Shown in pieces: positions 52,675-61,055 of a stretch of DNA of 64,000 bases. A program made the translations under genes and the position numbers. How positions within the stretch are numbered: the stretch's first letter is position 1; the number at the start of each line of letters is the position of its first letter. Under the pieces are notes generated by a model that was not told the DNA's origin, searched no databases, and saw only the letters and a list, made by a program, of their open reading frames with translations. Source of the DNA: an uncultured delta proteobacterium (GTDB lineage Bacteria > Desulfobacterota > Binatia > UBA9968); NCBI GenBank assembly GCA_963745835.1, contig CAVUZH010000003.1, positions 1,280,001 through 1,344,000 on the forward strand, read 5' to 3'.

Positions 52675-53058
52675 ATGGCAGATGCGAACAGATCAAACGA
52701 GGCCTATCTTGGGCCCGGCACTAAAATCAACGGAAAACTCTTTTTTGATGGGCCCACGACAATTGAAGGTGATGTCGAGGGGGAAATAACTGGACAAGCC
52801 AACATTACAATCGGTCAACAGGCGACTGTAAAGGGTAAAATCACCGCAGCATCCATCGTTGTCCAGGGCAAAGTCATGGCGGATGTTCAAGCCGAAAAAA
52901 AGTTGGATATTCAGCCGCCCGGTTCCGTAGTGGGTGATGTCACAACGCAGAGTCTGGTCATCGGCGACGGCGCTGTCCTCGAAGGCCACGTCTCCATGAG
53001 AAAAGAAGGTCGCGTTCTGCCCCTTCGCCAAGAAGCGAAAAAAGAAGGCGTCTCCTGA
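52675..53058 (+). CDS. Bactofilin (polymer-forming cytoskeletal protein)
   Basis: Repeating G-x-hydrophobic beta-helix pattern (LGPGTKINGKL, IEGDVEGEI, GAVLEGHVSM). Confidence 0.9.
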   Translation: MADANRSNEAYLGPGTKINGKLFFDGPTTIEGDVEGEITGQANITIGQQATVKGKITAASIVVQGKVMADVQAEKKLDIQPPGSVVGDVTTQSLVIGDGAVLEGHVSMRKEGRVLPLRQEAKKEGVS

Positions 53059-53108
53059 GATATCACCCATCGCTAATCGTACAAGTTGCATCCCTCAGGT
53101 ACCGAATT

Positions 53109-54197
53109 CTACAACCCATAAAACGTCTTCGGGTTGTCATACAGAATCTTCTGCACCGCGGATGGCGGAATGTCGCCCTTGTCGGCGCGCTCCTGAAGTA
53201 TCTTACGGAACTCGAGCTCCATTGACGGATCGCGATGCGTATAGTCCGAGCCAACCATCAAGTTGTCCTCGCCGACGCATCGGATGATGTAAGGAAGATC
53301 TTCATCGACCTGACACGTTATGTAGACACGATTGGCCTTGAACACGTTCTCCGCGAGCTCAACCTGAGGAACCCCGAGCACGCTGAGGGCCGTGCGGCCC
53401 TTCTGCTTCTCCTGCTGCCGGCGTAGATCATAGGCGACGAACGGCGCCCACATTGAACCGGCTTCGATACAACCGATGCGTAGCTTGGGAAACTTAGCTG
53501 GGATATTGTGCAATATCAGACCGAGCACACCGTTGATTGCCGCTCCCTTGGTACGCAGGAATTGCCCGTGGGAAAATTCCCGGGCTGGCGAAAAGTCCGG
53601 AACACCCGAGCCTGTGTGAATGCAGATGGGCAGATCGAGCTTTTCGGCTTCGGCATAGAAGGGTTCGAAGTAAGGATCGGCCGGATACTTCCCGCCTTCC
53701 CGATCACCCTTCTTCAACACACCGCAGGCGCCGTGTTCTTTAGCCCAGCGCATCTCGTCCAAAGCGGATTCGATGTTCTGCAGCGGCGGCATACAGACCC
53801 ACCGCAATCTGCCGCCCGATTCACCGCATCGACTACCCAACCAGCGGTTATAGCTGCGCCGCATGGCGGTGTTAAGCTCGGGTTTTTCTGAAGCTTCCAT
53901 TAGGAAAAGGGTCGGATAGATGACCTGGATGTCGGTCCCGAGCTCGTCCATGTGCTTGAGCCGGGCTTTGACGTCTAACAATTCACGCGTCTCCACGGTG
54001 GTGCCGGAATCGACATCGCTGCGGATGAAACGAACCTGGCGTTTGCCATCGATCATCCAGTAGCGCGCCGGCGGCAACTTCGGATCGGGATTCGACGGAT
54101 ACGTTGTCGTCGGTTTATAGGACAATTCAGCGTCCCCAAAATATTCCCAGGTCGCGTCGGTTTCATCGATATGAGTATCTGCATCTATAATTCGCAC
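53109..54197 (-). CDS. Amidohydrolase family 2 protein
   Basis: IIDADTHI, YNRWL, PICIH, EAG, GSDYTH; GTG start with AAGGAG RBS. Confidence 0.9.
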   Translation of the reverse strand: MRIIDADTHIDETDATWEYFGDAELSYKPTTTYPSNPDPKLPPARYWMIDGKRQVRFIRSDVDSGTTVETRELLDVKARLKHMDELGTDIQVIYPTLFLMEASEKPELNTAMRRSYNRWLGSRCGESGGRLRWVCMPPLQNIESALDEMRWAKEHGACGVLKKGDREGGKYPADPYFEPFYAEAEKLDLPICIHTGSGVPDFSPAREFSHGQFLRTKGAAINGVLGLILHNIPAKFPKLRIGCIEAGSMWAPFVAYDLRRQQEKQKGRTALSVLGVPQVELAENVFKANRVYITCQVDEDLPYIIRCVGEDNLMVGSDYTHRDPSMELEFRKILQERADKGDIPPSAVQKILYDNPKTFYGL

Positions 54198-54452
54198 TGC
54201 GTCTCTCCTTATTCGGTATTTATCGACTTCTAATACGCTTTTCGTGAGTTTTAAAGACCTCATTGGATCGACCGACACTCGAATAGACTCTGTCATAGGT
54301 TAGTGACCAAACGCGTCGGCGAAACCACAGCAGCCCGATTTGCCACGTTTTCTTCTCCGCCCAGGAATTCCATACCACCGTCAAATCCAGCAGGACAGGT
54401 TCAAGCGCCACGGGTTTTCGCGAAAAAGCCAGTTAATGCACAGGATTCAAGG

Positions 54453-54538
54453 TCGTTCATTCTGAACGATGTGAACTATTTTTGGATTTAAAACTCTACG
54501 CGTTTATGGTTGACGTCGCTCAGAGCGCGATGTTAAGC
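54453..54538. promoter_or_regulatory. Palindromic operator plus sigma-70-like promoter between divergent amidohydrolases
   Basis: TCGTTCA-TTC-TGAACGA at 54453-54469; TTGACG-17 nt-TTAAGC at 54510-54538. Confidence 0.45.
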
Positions 54539-54634
54539 CAAGTCTGAGTCGACTAAATCTACTTCCTTAAGCTCAAAAACAACCGCTGCACTTTGACGTT
54601 TGACTGCGGTTGTGGCGCAGGGAGAAGCAAACTC

Positions 54635-55673
54635 ATGAACGATGTTACCGTGATTGATGCCGACGGTCATGTATTGGAAAACGACAACGAGCTGGCGCAG
54701 TATTTCGAAGGCGCTTACCAAGGCCACAAGCGCTCGGGAGTTTTTTCCATCTTTCCTTCTCTCGATGGATGGCCGCGCGGCTTCGTCAAAGGCATGGACA
54801 AGGTCAGCGCAACATCCGCCGAAGCCTGGATACGATTTGCCGATGAGGCAAAGCTCAAAGCAGCCGTTCTCTACCCCACGGCGGGCTTGGCGTTCGGCCT
54901 GATTCAAGATCCGGACTGGGCCTGCGTGGTTGCCCGCGCTTATAACAATTGGCTCTCCGACCGTTACTGCAAAGCCGATTCGCGGCTCAAGGGCGTCGCG
55001 ATGTTGCCGGTCCACAACCCGCAGGAAGCCGTCGCTGAACTGAGGCATGCGATCCTTGAACAAAACATGGTGGCAGGAATGCTGCCGGCGGTGACGATGC
55101 TCAACAAGGGTTATGGCCATGCGGATTTCCATCCCATTTATGAGGAAGCCCAAAAGCTTAACGTGCCCTTAGCGGTTCACGGCGCAGTGAGCCGTGGTCT
55201 CGGTTTTGATTTCTTGCAAACCATGTCGATGATTCACACGCTCGAGCATCCGATCGCGCAAATGATTCAACTGACCAGTGTGGTCCTAGACGGTGTCTTC
55301 GATATCTTTCCAAAATTGAGAATGGGCTTTCTCGAAGCCGGCGCCGGTTGGATTCCCTACATGATGGACCGTATGGATGAGAAATTTCACATTGACCGTA
55401 AACGCAAGCACTTTCCACTGAGCAAGCTGCCAAGCGAGTATTTCAAGACCGGCAACGTCTACGTCACTTGCGAGACCGATGAGAAGATCCTCGATGCGGT
55501 CGTCCGAGAGATGGGCGAGGACTTTATCATGTATCCGACCGACTTTCCTCATGAGCGCCAGACCGGCGAATTCGCCAGAGACATCCCGGAGTTTCTCGCA
55601 GCGGCCCGACCTCTCCGAAAACGTCAAACGGAAAATTCTTAGCGAGAATGCAAAACGGTTTTACGTCATTTGA
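54635..55673 (+). CDS. Amidohydrolase family 2 protein (apparent frameshift near 55598)
   Basis: VIDADGHVLE, AYNNWL, LAVHG, LEAGAGW, PTDFPH; C-terminal KRKILSENAKRFY lies in a shifted frame. Confidence 0.88.
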
Positions 55674-55797
55674 TAAACAGGCGAGCAACGCGACTGCCTC
55701 GATACTCGCCGGAGGCTGAGAGCAAGTGCGTGCATTCTTCAGAGAAGTTAACGATGGGGGACCGTAGCGTGGATCTGGCTTGTCATTCGGAGGCTCT

Positions 55798-56825
55798 ATG
55801 AAAGCGATACTATGGTTATTGCTGCTTTCTAATCTGGACCTCGAGATGCGAGAGCGCAGAGCCCTTTCTACGCAGGTAAAACCATAACAGTGGTTGCCGG
55901 GGTCAGTGCCGGAAGCGCTTACGATCTATACGCTCGGCTCATGGTCCAGCACATGGGCAAGCACATTCCCGGCAATCCCACCTTTGTCGTGCAAAACATG
56001 ACCGGGGCGGGCTCCATCATCGGCGCGAATTATCTCTACAACGTTTCTAAACCCGACGGCCTGACCATCGGAGCGATTCAGCCTTCGATATTCTTCAACC
56101 AGCTAATGAACCAGAAGGAGGTAAAATTCGATTGGGGGAAATTCACCTGGATCGGCAGTTCAGATAAGTCCGATCATCTCCTCTATATGCGCGCCGATTT
56201 GCCGTACAAGAGTCTCGCCGAAGTGCGTAGAGCTCCCGAACCCCCGAAATGCGGCTCCACCGGCGCAGGCACTTCGGGAAGTTATATTCCGAAAATGCTC
56301 GAAGAAATTCTCGGAACGAAGTTCACTATCGTTGCCGGATACCAGGGCGGCGGCGAGATCGATCTCGCAGTCGAGAGAGGCGAACTTCAATGTCGTGCTT
56401 TGACGATTCAGGCTTATCACTCGCGCGAACCTTACCACACCTGGCGCCGGACCAACTTTGCGCGCATCGTGATGCAGACCGGACGGACCCGCGATCCGCG
56501 GATAGCGGATGCTCCGACACTTCAAGAGCTCATGAACGAGCACAGAACCCCTGAATCCGGACGGCGCTTAGTGCCGCTGGTAATGGCTGGGAGCGACTTC
56601 GGCAGGCCCATTATAGCTCCTCCCGGTGTTCCTCCGGACAAGATCAAGATCTTGCGCGATGCTTTCAACAAGACGATGGCAGATCCGGAACTCTTGGCGG
56701 AAGCGAAAAGAAAGAACTTCGATATCGCGCCTACTCCCGGCGAAGAGCTCGAGGCATTGGCGAAAGAGGTAGTCGCCCAACCTCCGGAGATTGTTGAACG
56801 GCTGAAAAACCTGATGAACCAGTAA
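55798..56825 (+). CDS. Tripartite tricarboxylate transporter (Bug/TctC-like) substrate-binding protein (apparent frameshift near 55850)
   Basis: GGAGG RBS plus ATG at 55798; PFYAGKTITVV, HIPGNPTFVVQNMTGAG, KPDGLT, GYQGG..ERGE, APPGVP. Confidence 0.85.
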
Positions 56826-56970
56826 AGGGACGACGTTTAGAGTTTAGACGTGAAGCATTGTACCAGTTGATGTGCAAGGGCAGGATTACCTATCGTTTCA
56901 GCGCTGCTTGACAATCTACTTCCACCGGCAATAACTTCAGGGACATAACGAACAATCCAAGGAGGTCTCC

Positions 56971-57366
56971 ATGTTCGATATCAAGGGAATCAGAACGTTT
57001 GCTATGAGTGCTAAGGATCTCGATAAGGCGGTGGATTTTTACACCAAGGTGATAGGCGGCCAGATCGTAAGAAAAGTTGAGCCCAGCGAAGAACAGCTAC
57101 AAGCCGGCCAAGTCAAGGAAGTCGATGTGCGCTTGGGAAACTTCGAAGTTCACCTGTTTGACGCGTCAATCAAGCCGCGCGATGTCGACCCACATCACAC
57201 GTTGAATATTCCCTGGCAGGAAAAGGAAAAAGCTCTGAAGTCTCTCCAAGAGATTGGCGCCAATATCGAGAAAGTGCGGCCACATCGTGACGGCGAAAGT
57301 TATTCGATCAACGTGTTCGATCCCGACGGCAACCGATGGGAGCTATCGTTCGCCAAGGGGAATTAG
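56971..57366 (+). CDS. VOC/glyoxalase family protein
   Basis: DLDKAVDFYTKVIG and FDPDGNRWEL; AAGGAGG RBS; TTGACA at 56908. Confidence 0.88.
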   Translation: MFDIKGIRTFAMSAKDLDKAVDFYTKVIGGQIVRKVEPSEEQLQAGQVKEVDVRLGNFEVHLFDASIKPRDVDPHHTLNIPWQEKEKALKSLQEIGANIEKVRPHRDGESYSINVFDPDGNRWELSFAKGN

Positions 57367-57379
57367 GCGACGGATAACT

Positions 57380-57423
57380 CGTTCAAGTAGTCAAGCCTTT
57401 CAAAGCGTTTAACGCGTTCAATC
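57380..57423 (+). repeat. Degenerate ~9-bp tandem repeat (GTTCAA core)
   Basis: TCAA/TTAA cores at 57383, 57391, 57400, 57409 and 57418. Confidence 0.55.
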
Positions 57424-57593
57424 AAAGGACAATCGGTTATCTCAATACACTGCGGGCCAATATCCTCATACACTGCCGGATTGGCACTGTATGAGGAATG
57501 AATGCTTCTGGACGATTCTTACAGGTGCGGCATATTCCACGCGTTTGCTATTCGCGAGTTGTAGACATGGAGTAATACACCGCCAGAGACCCA

Positions 57594-57615
57594 GCAGTAT
57601 ACTCAATAGTTAGGC
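57594..57615 (+). other. attI-like recombination site
   Basis: GCAGTATACTCAATA-GTTAGGC: an R core (57609-57615) with no upstream RYYYAAC box or attC hairpin. Confidence 0.55.
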
Positions 57616-57698
57616 GCCTTCGCATGTGTCCCGTAGGATGAGAGTCTTCGTTATCACTGCTGGCATCGGTCACACCGAGCCGGCCCGGAGGAGAACAA

Positions 57699-58057
57699 AT
57701 GGACCTGCAGAAGATCTACACCGCATTGCTCACCGCAGACCTTGCTGCGGCCGAAGGTTGGTATACGAAGCTGCTCGGTCGTGGACCGGACAACCGGCCG
57801 ATGGACACGCTGGTTCACTGGGAGCTCTTCGACCAGGGCGGATTGGCATTTCAAGCGACGACGAAATCGCCGGCGGGGGCGTGATGTTCCTTTACGTCGA
57901 CGATGTCGCGGCCGAGCGCCGCAGGCTGCAAGGCCTGGGCATCGTGCTTGGCAACGACATTGAGGGTGACTACTCGACGCTGGCTCAGGTACGTGATCCT
58001 GACGGAAACCTGCTCACGCTGGCGACGCCGCCGAGACGGCCTTTTCCGCCTGCATGA
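57699..58057 (+). CDS. Cassette 1: VOC/glyoxalase family protein (apparent frameshift near 57850)
   Basis: GGAGGAG RBS; MDLQKIYTALLTADLAAAEGWYTKLLG joined across a T-run to LYVDDV...VRDPDGNLLTL. Confidence 0.8.
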
Positions 58058-58090
58058 CCGCGCCGGAAAGAGCGAAATCCGCGGCATGGC

Positions 58091-58150
58091 GCCTAACAAC
58101 AGCATGCAGCTGACGGCGCTGCGCGCCGCCGCTGATGCTGAGCGTTAGCT
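58091..58150 (+). other. attC site 1 (60 bp)
   Basis: R'' GCCTAAC, 5-nt spacer, L'' CATGCAGC (extrahelical G), L' GCTGATG, 6-nt spacer, R' GTTAGCT. Confidence 0.93.
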
Positions 58151-58165
58151 ACCAAAGACTATCAA

Positions 58166-58852
58166 ATGCCACCTTCAACAGACGTCGTAAATTATCTTGG
58201 GGGGGATTTTCTTGCGGCAATCACCAACGATCTAACTGCGGTAGTGAAATTTCATGATGGTGGTATTGGAGGATTTCATAGCGTCCCGCGCGAGGTCTTC
58301 TGTTACATCGACTACATCTCGGCCATTCGATACGGTGCGAATAGCTCGGCAAATGCAATTCAGTTCATCGAAAAATATCTCGGTACCACGAATCCTCGAT
58401 ATAAGCACTATGGGAAGCTTCTCTATGAAATGTGGCGACATGGGACAGTCCATGAATTCGATCCGAAAAGACTAAAGCACTCAAACGGGAAGTACAGCGT
58501 GGGGTGGCAAACCAACAACGATTCAGGAAAAGAGGAGCGTGCATGTCATTTAGAGTGCTTCAAGGTCTATGGAAAGAGCGACACCTTTGTGCTCAACGTA
58601 AATTTATTTCAATTGGTTGATGATTTCGTCCGAGGCGTTCACGAGTTCATTTCTGAGCTGAAGAAGGCCAAAAAAAGACGCATAGAATGTCAGAACAACT
58701 ACAACGAGATATCAAGGCAACTCTCGGTCAAGGAATTAGCTAAAAAGAACAAGAAAATGAAACGCAATCTAAACCTTCAGATTTCGAGGGCTGTGAGGGC
58801 GCAGCGGCTCGAGGTACAGAACGGTAATGTAATTGGAGGCAAATGTTCCTAA
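58166..58852 (+). CDS. Cassette 2: hypothetical protein with HEPN-like Rx4H motif
   Basis: LYEMWRHGTVHEF motif after a helical region; AT-rich relative to flanks; fills the cassette. Confidence 0.75.
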   Translation: MPPSTDVVNYLGGDFLAAITNDLTAVVKFHDGGIGGFHSVPREVFCYIDYISAIRYGANSSANAIQFIEKYLGTTNPRYKHYGKLLYEMWRHGTVHEFDPKRLKHSNGKYSVGWQTNNDSGKEERACHLECFKVYGKSDTFVLNVNLFQLVDDFVRGVHEFISELKKAKKRRIECQNNYNEISRQLSVKELAKKNKKMKRNLNLQISRAVRAQRLEVQNGNVIGGKCS

Positions 58853-58856
58853 AGGC

Positions 58857-58937
58857 AGCTAACCAGCACGTGGATTCGGATACGCTATGTCGGCGCTTCG
58901 CGCCGCCTTCGCTTGCCGTTCACGCGCGGCGTTAGGC
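58857..58937 (+). other. attC site 2 (81 bp)
   Basis: R'' AGCTAAC, L'' CGTGGATT, inner hairpin CGGCGC-TTC-GCGCCG, L' GTTCACG, R' GTTAGGC. Confidence 0.9.
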
Positions 58938-58944
58938 CCTCGAC

Positions 58945-59682
58945 ATGAACAAACACTACGCGGGGCTTACGACTCGCATGTTGTCGGAGATTGAGACGAT
59001 CTCCGATAGGATGACGCATCAAGGAGAGAAGGGCCGCAACAACGAACATGTGCTGGCGGCTTTTCTCAACGAACACCTTCCAAAGCGTTACTGGATATCT
59101 ACTGGAAAGGTCATCGCTGCCGATGGCCGAGAAAGCGGCCAAGTCGATCTGATTGTTCATGACCGAATTACGACGCCAGCATTTGTTGAGGCACGAGCCT
59201 GGAGCCTTGTTCCTGTTGAGAGCGTCTACGCCGTGCTTTCCGTCAAGACAACTCTTAACAAGGAAGAATTACGAGACTCACTCGAGTCAATCTCAAAGGT
59301 CCGCGCCCTGCCACGTACGGCCGCTATCAGATACGACTCAAACCATATGGTTTCGCTTCGTGAGGACGAAACGCTTCGACCACGTGGATTTGTCTTTGCC
59401 TTCAAGAGCTCCTGGGCAACACCAGAAAGTGCAGAGAAGGCGTTTCAAGATCTCTTATCGGAATTCGACGATTCACTACGTCCCAACGCCGTGTGTGCGC
59501 TGGACCAGTGTTTGATCATCAGGCGTGCGTACACCACCGAAACGATCCTGTTTAAGGAACACGCGCTGATGCACTTCGTCGTTTTCCTCGTCCAAACTAT
59601 GGATAAGTTTCCACGGTACCAGGTCGATCTGAAGAAGTACTTTAGAGAAGACTATGGCGACAACTCCGGCAAGAAGGCCTAA
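58945..59682 (+). CDS. Cassette 3: DUF6602/NucC-like PD-(D/E)xK nuclease
   Basis: HQGEKGRNNE..FLNEHLPKRY..SGQVDLIVHD..PVESVYAVLSVK matches the NucC/DUF6602 pattern; TAA stop lies within the attC R'' box. Confidence 0.78.
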   Translation: MNKHYAGLTTRMLSEIETISDRMTHQGEKGRNNEHVLAAFLNEHLPKRYWISTGKVIAADGRESGQVDLIVHDRITTPAFVEARAWSLVPVESVYAVLSVKTTLNKEELRDSLESISKVRALPRTAAIRYDSNHMVSLREDETLRPRGFVFAFKSSWATPESAEKAFQDLLSEFDDSLRPNAVCALDQCLIIRRAYTTETILFKEHALMHFVVFLVQTMDKFPRYQVDLKKYFREDYGDNSGKKA

Positions 59683-59766
59683 CAACCGGCTCGAGTACGC
59701 GCGCGTGGCGCGCCCGACTCGCAAAATTGAGGCGCTCTTGCTCGCGGTTCAACCGGAGCATTAGGC
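59677..59766 (+). other. attC site 3 (90 bp, degenerate)
   Basis: R'' GCCTAAC, L'' GCTCGAGT, L' GTTCAAC (mismatched), R' ATTAGGC (G>A in the core). Confidence 0.8.
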
Positions 59767-59819
59767 ACAGGCCGAAGCATGGGTAAAGCTGTCTTAAGTT
59801 CGAAAGCGTCTGTGAACCC

Positions 59820-60809
59820 TCACTTCCCGTAAAGATCGCGGATAAAGCCGCTGGCTTCAAGTTCTTTGATGATCGAATTATCGATAAACGAATTGGCGTC
59901 AGCTCCTCGGGCTTTGGGATTTTCCGGGGCAAGAAACTCCAGCACTGTTTTGACACCTTCGATGGAAGGATATGGTACTTGTTCATATTGGTTCGATGCA
60001 TAGACATCGTAAGACCGTGCGAGAAACTCTTCGCCGGCGCGATCGCTGCGCAACTTCTTTTTTAAAACCGCGACGCTTTCATTCTTATTCCTTTTGAAAT
60101 AGGCGATACCCTCGACAAAGGCTTTGGTGAATCTAACGACCGTATCGCGACGGGTGCGCAAAAATTGGCGCGTCGTGTCCAGCATCATGTTGAGATAGTA
60201 AATGTCCATATCGCCCAAATCAGCCAGCACTCGATAACCTTTATCTTCGGCGACAAAGTTTGAGGGTATGGTCAGCACGGCGGCGTCGATACCACCTTTT
60301 TCAAGATTCACGACCATCGCCGATGACGACTCGACCTGCAGCACCCGGACCTTGTCGGCGCTGATGCCCCATTTCTTGAGCATCATCAGCAATACTAGGT
60401 GCGATGCGGCGCCGTAGCGAGTAACCCCGACTCTTTTACCGATCAGGTCTGCCGGCGTCTTTACCTCGGGCCGGCTCATTACCCTCTGCACGCCCTTATT
60501 GAGGATGCCCGCGATCATCACCGTATCGGCTCCGCGCAGCGCGGCGCTAATCACCGAGTCGCCGGCTGCGGTGACAAACTGAATATCGCCAGCTATCAAT
60601 GCGCTCACGCCTCGGGCGCCGCCGCCTCCGATAACGATTACTTCGGGGTCGAGACCGTGTTTCTTAAAAAGACCTTTTTCCTCCGCGACCCAGAGGGCGC
60701 CATGCGTGGCGCTGATCGAACTCAATCCGACGCGCACTTTCTCCGACTCCGCGGCGGAGACTGAGCCATGACTCAGGAGTAAACAGAGCAAAATAAGGAA
60801 GATGATCAT
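59820..60809 (-). CDS. ABC substrate-binding protein, NMT1/SsuA-like
   Basis: Signal peptide, LWVAEEKGLFKKHGLD, DLIGKRVGVTRYG. Confidence 0.87.
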   Translation of the reverse strand: MIIFLILLCLLLSHGSVSAAESEKVRVGLSSISATHGALWVAEEKGLFKKHGLDPEVIVIGGGGARGVSALIAGDIQFVTAAGDSVISAALRGADTVMIAGILNKGVQRVMSRPEVKTPADLIGKRVGVTRYGAASHLVLLMMLKKWGISADKVRVLQVESSSAMVVNLEKGGIDAAVLTIPSNFVAEDKGYRVLADLGDMDIYYLNMMLDTTRQFLRTRRDTVVRFTKAFVEGIAYFKRNKNESVAVLKKKLRSDRAGEEFLARSYDVYASNQYEQVPYPSIEGVKTVLEFLAPENPKARGADANSFIDNSIIKELEASGFIRDLYGK

Positions 60810-60909
60810 ACACGACCTAGAGAACGCGCCTTCGCCGTCGTCTACATGGATGGCAACCGTAGATCCGTTCACAGCAACATAGTTGAAGCCGACAAGCGCT
60901 TAGCCATGG

Positions 60910-60986
60910 TGTCACTCCCGCTGTTTACCGGAAGGTACAGCTCCTCTCCTGGCCTGGATTTCCGCTTAAAGCATGCGGGAATGACA
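60910..60986. repeat. REP-like palindromic element
   Basis: Ends TGTCACTCCCGC / GCGGGAATGACA (11/12 complementary); the right half CTGGATTTCCGC-TTAAAGCAT-GCGGGAATGAC is itself a hairpin. Confidence 0.6.
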
Positions 60987-61055
60987 GCCAGGATAGTAAG
61001 GCTGCTTGAATAAGATGGAATAACCTCGGTTATACTTAACTGCTTGAACGATTCC

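Larger units (their letters stand above)
57594..59766 (+). mobile_element. Integron gene-cassette array lacking intI (CALIN-like), three cassettes
   Basis: GTTRRRY core at 57609 and three attC sites each closing one co-oriented ORF; each cassette's 5' end is complementary to its own R'' box. Confidence 0.9.

Noticed and set aside
56835-56848. GTTTAGA heptamer doublet after the TctC-like gene
   Set aside because: Only two copies; could be chance.
58091-59766. attC palindromes or the 9-bp repeats as a CRISPR array
   Set aside because: Repeats are non-identical and separated by whole genes, or lack spacers; no cas genes.
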